This document shows, piece after piece, positions 58,180 through 64,000 of a stretch of DNA of 64,000 nt. Below the pieces are notes generated by a model. The model ran no database searches, was not told the origin of the DNA, and was given only the letters and a program-made list of their open reading frames with translations. The stretch covers positions 64,001 to 128,000 of the forward strand of contig CBDCZH010000015.1 of assembly GCA_965224485.1 (NCBI GenBank), given 5' to 3'. Numbering within the stretch: position 1 is the first letter of the stretch; every line of letters starts with the position of its first letter. The translations under genes were made by a program, and so were the position numbers. Source of the DNA: Arcobacteraceae bacterium (lineage in GTDB: Bacteria; Campylobacterota; Campylobacteria; Campylobacterales; Arcobacteraceae).

Positions 58180-60485
58180 TACATATAATTGTTATTTTCT
58201 TCACTTAGTTTTTCATTGCTATTATATAAAGCAGAGCTAACATTATTTGTGAAGTTCTTATTTTCTTTTTGATTATCAGACATATTATCAAATGATGAAT
58301 TATTTGAACCCTGCTCACTATTACTAAAATCTAAAGAAACATTAATTCCTTCAAAGTTCTTAGCAAGTGCTGCTTTTAAAGAACTTTGAGAATCAATCAT
58401 AGCATCTAAAGTAGAAGAATTAGAAGCACTTAAACTGACAGTTAAACCAGCAGTTTTACTTGATTTCATCATAATAGCAATAGAACCCAAATTACCAGGT
58501 GAAAGGTTGATTTTAAAAGCAGTAACAGGAGGTTTATAGTTTTCGTACATTTTTTTTGCTATATCTGACATCATTGAAGACATACGTTGTTTTGCACCTA
58601 CTATTTTATTAATAATATTATTTGCAAGTATAGGACTTACACTAAGAGTTGTTTCTTCTACTTTAGAAGTAGACGAAGTAGAGTTTTTTTCAAGAGTTGC
58701 TAAAGAATTTGAAATTTCTGAAATATCAATTTTTGCAATATTTTTATTAAATACAATTCTATCTAAAGAAGATTTTTTAATATTTTTTGCATGATCATTT
58801 TTAACATGATCAATTTTTAAATCGCCATTTTTACCATTATCTACTTTTTCATGTTCAATTTTTGAACTTTTCATATTTAAACCTAAAACTTTTGCAGCTT
58901 CTTTTACGCCTTCCATGGATTTTTTGTCTTCTACAATTGTTTTAGCATTTTGTTTATTTTGAATTGTCATATCATCATAAGATTTTTTTTGAGAGCTTAG
59001 AAAGATATTTGTTAATACATCATTTTTAGAATTAGAGCTTTTTTTCGTATCTATTTTACTAGATACATTAACTTTTTTTTCTTTAATTTCTTCTACTTTA
59101 GTTTTAGTATTAATTAATTGATCAAAAAATGATTTATTATTTATTTTATTTGAACTCTTAGCTTCTACTAAAATATCTTTGTTTATATTTACAGGAGTTT
59201 CTTTTGTATTTAAAGAAGCTAAATCATTTGCAAGTTTTACATTTTTAACATTATTTACAGAACCCAGATTCTTAGTCACATTAAGATTTCTAAAATTATT
59301 TAAATTCTTAGAATTATCTGAAATATTTATTTCTTTATTATTCTTAATTTCTAATGTTTTATTCTCATTTGAGTCTTTTTTTAGAACACTCTTTGAAAAT
59401 ATATCTTTTTTTTCTATTTTATTATCATTTTCTTCAAGATTCAAAAAAGAAGACTTTAAAGAAAATTTTTCTTCTTTATTAGAAGTATCATTTTTATTAA
59501 GCAAAGGATTCAAGGAAAGTTCATTGCTTTTTATCTCTTTATTATTTTTACTTGAAGAAAGTGTATTTAAAGTATTACTGTTATTTTCAGTTTTTATATT
59601 TTCATTGTTTTTAGATGTTGAATCTAATAAATTTTCCTTATTTAGGTTTTTTAGGTTTTTTAGATTTTTTGAGGTATTTTTAGTTTCAATTATATTATTA
59701 GATTTATTATTTTTGCTATCTTTGTCATCACTTTTAACTTTCTTGTTAGTACTAAGTTCATTCGAATTTTGTGAAATATCTTTAGGTCCACTATCTTTAT
59801 TATCACTTTTAAGTATAGTCTCAAGTGTACTAGTGTTGCTTTTATCACTTTGTTTTTTGTTTTTAACAGACTCAGTGATTGTATCTTTTGTTGTGATTTT
59901 TAAAAGATTAGTTTTATCACTATTATCTTCATTTACATTTTTATTTTTTAAATTCTTTTCATCTTCTAAACTAAGAGTTTTTTCTTTTTTTAAAAGTTTA
60001 TTTTTAGGATTATTTTCTTTTATATCTTTTGTATCTTTTTCTTGAGCTTTTTTTCCAGTTTTAGTATCACTTGGCTTATTTTCACTATTAGAAATAGTAT
60101 TTTTAGCCTCAATTATCAATCTATCTAATAAAGAACTAGTTTTTGCTCCACTTTCTTTACTTATATTGTTTTTACTAGAATCAGTAGTAATAAACTTATT
60201 ATTTTTTTTACTATTATTTAATTCTTTTTTATTATATAAGTCTTTTTCTTTTTTTTCATCTTTTGAAGTTTTATTTAAAGCAGATGTATTTTTTTCAATT
60301 TTTGCTTCTTTTATATCTTGTGTTTCTTTTTTCTCACTTACTTCATTTGAAGTAGAAACTTTTTCTTTTGCTTTATTCATTAATGAATCAAATAAAGATG
60401 GTTCTTTTTTCTCTTCAATATGATTATTATTACTACTTTTTACAGCTCTTACCTCTGTAAGATCAAAAGCAATTTCTTTAGTCAT
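58179..60485 (-). CDS. fliK: flagellar hook-length control protein
   Basis: Long K/N/S-rich low-complexity region; C-terminal INLSPGNLGSI domain. Confidence 0.8.
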   Translation of the reverse strand: MTKEIAFDLTEVRAVKSSNNNHIEEKKEPSLFDSLMNKAKEKVSTSNEVSEKKETQDIKEAKIEKNTSALNKTSKDEKKEKDLYNKKELNNSKKNNKFITTDSSKNNISKESGAKTSSLLDRLIIEAKNTISNSENKPSDTKTGKKAQEKDTKDIKENNPKNKLLKKEKTLSLEDEKNLKNKNVNEDNSDKTNLLKITTKDTITESVKNKKQSDKSNTSTLETILKSDNKDSGPKDISQNSNELSTNKKVKSDDKDSKNNKSNNIIETKNTSKNLKNLKNLNKENLLDSTSKNNENIKTENNSNTLNTLSSSKNNKEIKSNELSLNPLLNKNDTSNKEEKFSLKSSFLNLEENDNKIEKKDIFSKSVLKKDSNENKTLEIKNNKEINISDNSKNLNNFRNLNVTKNLGSVNNVKNVKLANDLASLNTKETPVNINKDILVEAKSSNKINNKSFFDQLINTKTKVEEIKEKKVNVSSKIDTKKSSNSKNDVLTNIFLSSQKKSYDDMTIQNKQNAKTIVEDKKSMEGVKEAAKVLGLNMKSSKIEHEKVDNGKNGDLKIDHVKNDHAKNIKKSSLDRIVFNKNIAKIDISEISNSLATLEKNSTSSTSKVEETTLSVSPILANNIINKIVGAKQRMSSMMSDIAKKMYENYKPPVTAFKINLSPGNLGSIAIMMKSSKTAGLTVSLSASNSSTLDAMIDSQSSLKAALAKNFEGINVSLDFSNSEQGSNNSSFDNMSDNQKENKNFTNNVSSALYNSNEKLSEENNNYM

Positions 60486-60486
60486 T

Positions 60487-60912
60487 TTACATACCTCTTA
60501 AAATTGCTAAAGTTTTAGTATCCATAGTTTTTTGCGTAGTAAAAGCTGAAACATTTGCTTCATAAGCTCTCATAGCTTCAATTAAATCTACCATTTCAAT
60601 TACTGGGTTGATATTTGGATAAGCAACATATCCTTTATCATTTGCATCAGGATGTTCAGGTTCATATTTTAATATTGGTTTATCATTTGAACTTGTAATA
60701 GATTTAACTCCAACACCTTTTAAAGAAGCATCTTGTCTATTTTGGTTTTGTAATAATAATTCTTGAAATACTACATTTTGCTTTTTATAAGGACCACCTT
60801 CTGTTGTATGTGTGGTCTGAGCATTTGCGATATTCGCACTAACTATATTTATCCTAGTTCTTTGAGCACCCATACCTGATGTTGCAATATTATAACCATC
60901 AAAAAATCCCAT
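60487..60912 (-). CDS. flgC: flagellar basal-body rod protein
   Basis: SANIANAQTT, GGPY, YEPEHPDA, EMVDLIEAMRAYEAN. Confidence 0.96.
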   Translation of the reverse strand: MGFFDGYNIATSGMGAQRTRINIVSANIANAQTTHTTEGGPYKKQNVVFQELLLQNQNRQDASLKGVGVKSITSSNDKPILKYEPEHPDANDKGYVAYPNINPVIEMVDLIEAMRAYEANVSAFTTQKTMDTKTLAILRGM

Positions 60913-60925
60913 AATAAATCCTTAT

Positions 60926-61228
60926 TTATACTTGCATTTTCATTATTTCTTTAAAAGAACCAATAGCTTTATTCTTAACTTCTAAGGCTAGTTTTAAAGA
61001 TAGTTCTGCTTCTTCAATTCTTTGTACAGCTTCTTGTAGATTTGCAACTTTACCTGTTGCAATTCCTTCCATAGCTTTATACCCTTGTACTTGTGCTTCA
61101 TTTACTTCACCAATAGCATCTTTAAGCATGGCTTGAAAACTTACAGAAGAACTAGCATTATTATTTACATTATTAACATTATTTATATTTCCAAGATTAG
61201 AAATTTGATTTATTGAATTAATATCCAT
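60926..61228 (-). CDS. fliE: flagellar hook-basal body protein
   Basis: SFQAMLKDAI, EEAELSLKLALEVKNKAI..FKEIMKMQV. Confidence 0.93.
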   Translation of the reverse strand: MDINSINQISNLGNINNVNNVNNNASSSVSFQAMLKDAIGEVNEAQVQGYKAMEGIATGKVANLQEAVQRIEEAELSLKLALEVKNKAIGSFKEIMKMQV

Positions 61229-61239
61229 TTATCTTCCTT

Positions 61240-61560
61240 TTAGGATTTAATATTACTTAGTTCGACTTCTTGAGCTTTAAGTTCATTAAGTAAAAATTCC
61301 ATTTTTTCTGCTTGAGCATTAAATTCAAGCTCATTTTTTTTATTATCTAAACTAAATAAAAGTATTATCATTGAAAACATCATATTTGCAACACCTTTTA
61401 ACACTACGGTTACAAAAACAACTCCTAATATAATCTCAACAGAAGTAAATAATTCTGCATTTAGTACGAAAAAAATTAAAGTAGCGAAAAATCCAGTGGC
61501 TATATATATTTTGAAAATACCACTATTTATTACAGATTTTGAAAATCTTTCTACTACCAA
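61240..61560 (-). CDS. hypothetical membrane protein in flagellar operon
   Basis: TTG start; 2-3 TM and a coiled-coil tail. Confidence 0.7.
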   Translation of the reverse strand: MVVERFSKSVINSGIFKIYIATGFFATLIFFVLNAELFTSVEIILGVVFVTVVLKGVANMMFSMIILLFSLDNKKNELEFNAQAEKMEFLLNELKAQEVELSNIKS

Positions 61561-61568
61561 ATTTATTC

Positions 61569-62390
61569 CTAATTCATATTAATTAGTAATGACTCCACTA
61601 TCATTTCAAGCTCTTTACAAACGGGCTCTTTATTGAACTCATTTACAAAAAGTTTTCTTAATCTTCCTGTTGTTGAAACGTTGCGTGAACTACTCACATT
61701 ACCTATGTATTTTATCATAAAATCAGCTCTAAGCCTATTTTTCCTTGAGAGTTTTTCCAAAGAATTAGTTATAGATTCTCCTATTTTGTAGTTTTTTGTA
61801 TGATTAAAGCATAACATAAGCGAACTTTTATCTTTGGATAACATTTTCATTAAAGCGTATACATCCGTAAGTGCACTTGGGTCTGTTGTTGTTATTGCTA
61901 AAATATTACTTGAAACTGATAAAAATTCTTTTACATATTCATTTAATCCAGCACCAGTATCTATTAAAATATAATCAAATTTATTTAAAGCAACCACATC
62001 TTCAACAATTCTAGCAAAGACTGAAGAATTTGAATTATTCGCGTACTGATAGGCACTTTTCCCTGCAATTAAAGTTATATTTTTATACTCAGTTTCTAAT
62101 AAAGTATCTTCTAAGGGGACTTTCCCTTCAATATAATCAAAAAGAGTTTTTTTTGGTTTTAAATTAAATAAAACCTGCATATTTGCTAAACCAATATCTG
62201 CATCAATTACTGCAATTTTCAAACCCCTTTGAGCTAAAAGATAAGAAATATTTGCAGTAAAGGTTGATTTACCAACCCCTCCTTTTCCAGAAGTTATAGT
62301 TAAAATCTTTGACTTTGATTCTGACTTTAGTGTTGCTTTTTTTGCAATAGAGACTAATTTACTTGCTTGTGAAGAGATAGAATTTAACAT
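61569..62390 (-). CDS. flhG: MinD-like ATPase FlhG/FleN
   Basis: TSGKGGVGKS, DADIGLAN, IDTGAG; downstream of flhF. Confidence 0.92.
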   Translation of the reverse strand: MLNSISSQASKLVSIAKKATLKSESKSKILTITSGKGGVGKSTFTANISYLLAQRGLKIAVIDADIGLANMQVLFNLKPKKTLFDYIEGKVPLEDTLLETEYKNITLIAGKSAYQYANNSNSSVFARIVEDVVALNKFDYILIDTGAGLNEYVKEFLSVSSNILAITTTDPSALTDVYALMKMLSKDKSSLMLCFNHTKNYKIGESITNSLEKLSRKNRLRADFMIKYIGNVSSSRNVSTTGRLRKLFVNEFNKEPVCKELEMIVESLLINMN

Positions 62391-63533
62391 CTAAAACCTA
62401 TTACACGATGAATTCATAAAACAATCAATTAAATAAGAAGAATCTGAAACAATTAAATCATCAGGAACATTTTGCCCTATTGAAAAATATGTAATAGACT
62501 TTTTAGTTTTATGTGCAAAAGAAATTAAGTTACCAAAACTTTTCGTTTCATCTAGTTTTGTAAAAGTTAAATAATCAATATTCAATCTTGAATATGAAGT
62601 ATAAATATCTAATAAATCGCTTTGTTTGACATTAGCAGGCATAACAAGTATTTTTTCAATTGGTAACTCGTCAACCTTTTTTTGGTATTCATTAATAATC
62701 TCAATCTTATCTACATCATATTGAGAAGAACCAGCAGTATCAATAAATATATAATTACAATCTTTTAATCGCAACAATGCTTCAACTAAATCTTCTGGTT
62801 TTTTAACAACCTCTAGAGGCAATCTCATGATATTAGAATAAGCTTGTAACTGCTCAATCGCTCCAACTCTAAAAGAATCAAGAGTCACTATTCCAACTTT
62901 ATAGTTTTGTCCTAATTTATAGGCATAACGAGCAGCAAGTTTTGCAATAGTTGTTGTTTTTCCAACACCAGTAGGTCCTACCATCATCATAATTTTTCTT
63001 TGATGTTTTCTTAAAGGAACTTCATGTTTAATTGGAATAATTCTTCTTAGAATTAATTTAAAAAAATCATTTACTTTTTTTGGATTAGATTTCATAGCAA
63101 TTGGAAGTTGTTTAATCGTTTTTTTCATTATAGTATAAGTCATTTCTTGATCAAATTCATTTTTTTCAAAAAGATTATACATATCAACAAATTCTAAGGG
63201 AATATTTAAATCATAAAGTTGTGACTTAGGTTCCCAAATTGATTTTTGAACATTTACAATGGCATCTTGCATTTTAAGAATTTCTTCTTTAAAATCATAA
63301 AATTTTGTAATTACTTTTTCTTCTTTATTAGAAGTTTTTGAAACAGCTTTTTTTGTAAATATACTTGAGGTTTCAGACAAATCTTCAATTCCAACAATTA
63401 CTTCATACATAGCAGGAGAATGTACATCAGAGATTTTTTTAGTTGAGATAACTATAGCATCTTCACCACACTCATCTTGAGCATTTCTTAAGGCATAAGT
63501 AGGAGTTTTTCCTAAAAAGGACAACATCTTCAT
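62391..63533 (-). CDS. flhF: SRP-family GTPase FlhF
   Basis: GPTGVGKTTTIAKLAA, DSFRVGA, DTAG, TKLDET, GQNVPDD. Confidence 0.96.
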   Translation of the reverse strand: MKMLSFLGKTPTYALRNAQDECGEDAIVISTKKISDVHSPAMYEVIVGIEDLSETSSIFTKKAVSKTSNKEEKVITKFYDFKEEILKMQDAIVNVQKSIWEPKSQLYDLNIPLEFVDMYNLFEKNEFDQEMTYTIMKKTIKQLPIAMKSNPKKVNDFFKLILRRIIPIKHEVPLRKHQRKIMMMVGPTGVGKTTTIAKLAARYAYKLGQNYKVGIVTLDSFRVGAIEQLQAYSNIMRLPLEVVKKPEDLVEALLRLKDCNYIFIDTAGSSQYDVDKIEIINEYQKKVDELPIEKILVMPANVKQSDLLDIYTSYSRLNIDYLTFTKLDETKSFGNLISFAHKTKKSITYFSIGQNVPDDLIVSDSSYLIDCFMNSSCNRF

Positions 63534-63934
63534 CTAGTTTTTCCATCTTTATATATTTTTTCTATTTTTCCATTACTTTTTTTAATAGTAATATATTTAT
63601 TATTTTGAAAAAGTATTTTTCCCTCTTTTTCTATTTCTAAACTACCAAATTGAAAAATTACTGAATCTTTTTTATATACTTTTATATCTTTTAAACAAAT
63701 AATTGAACCTTTATTTATATAATGTTTTGATACAAAAGTATTATTATTGTACATTTTAATAGTAAAAGCTTTACAATCTTTTTTAAGTCTAGCTGATTTA
63801 AATAACATTAATTTAGTTGAATCTATTTTTTCTTTATATTTTATATCATCTTTTGCTATAATTACATCAATTGCATATATATTTAAAGAAAAAACAATAA
63901 AAAAAGAAAGTATTATTTTATACTTTAATTTCAA
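63530..63934 (-). CDS. short FlgA-like (SAF-like) exported protein
   Basis: Signal peptide; IAKDDIKY..., SKHYINKGSII, LEIEKEG; probable TTG start at 63934 after GGAGG. Confidence 0.55.
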   Translation of the reverse strand: MKLKYKIILSFFIVFSLNIYAIDVIIAKDDIKYKEKIDSTKLMLFKSARLKKDCKAFTIKMYNNNTFVSKHYINKGSIICLKDIKVYKKDSVIFQFGSLEIEKEGKILFQNNKYITIKKSNGKIEKIYKDGKTR

Positions 63935-64000
63935 AAACAGATCCTCCATTTTGAGCTGTTAAATCATCAACAATATCTTTGTACATTTGTTGAACGGGAA
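63918..64000 (-). CDS. C-terminal fragment of upstream flagellar-cluster gene (possibly FlaG-like)
   Basis: ...PVQQMYKDIVDDLTAQNGGSVFEIKV*; truncated by window edge. Confidence 0.4.
   Translation of the reverse strand, partial: PVQQMYKDIVDDLTAQNGGSVFEIKV

Noticed and set aside
59179..60423. Long plus-strand ORFs (288 aa, 85 aa) rich in F/L/S
   Set aside because: Antisense shadows of the K/N/E-rich fliK low-complexity region
1905..63962. Many 60-110 aa antisense or alternate-frame ORFs in the track (e.g. 2326, 5177, 8275, 17052, 20382, 23772, 28535, 34752, 49304, 57911)
   Set aside because: They overlap well-supported genes and show no motifs; expected by chance

Overview
AT-rich Campylobacterota chromosome segment; gene content and the large flagellar cluster point to Arcobacteraceae (inference). 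The left flank is queC-queD-queE. The right flank is core genes (ate/bpt, trpA, panB, ruvB, clpSA, bioD) and a minus-strand flagellar cluster (flgA-like, flhF, flhG, fliE, flgC, fliK, fliR, flhB, TPR, fliI, flgL, flhA). Between them lies a ~33 kb region (about 2.1-35.2 kb) with more than a dozen Fur-box-like TGATAATnATTATCA palindromes. It holds: (1) a NitT/TauT-type ABC transporter plus NnrS; (2) several unannotated small ORFs; (3) an hmu-like locus with ExbB-like, DUF2149, two exported C-terminally anchored CobN-like proteins, a TonB-dependent receptor with heme-receptor-like His motifs, ChaN, a frameshifted RND pump and TonB-ExbB-ExbD; (4) a candidate Fur-repressed ~140-nt sRNA whose hairpin loops are antisense to AUG start regions, then a CxC peptide-DUF2325-hypothetical-flavodoxin operon; (5) a ferrosome-type cluster (P1B-6 ATPase, ferritin-like, HMA2, GxxxG proteins) divergent from feoAB and bracketed by two fur paralogs. 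The best candidates for undescribed biology are a periplasmic heme-dechelation to Feo to ferrosome pathway and the putative iron-sparing sRNA. No rRNA, tRNA, CRISPR array or mobile element was seen. All family calls come from reading motifs by eye; no database search was run.
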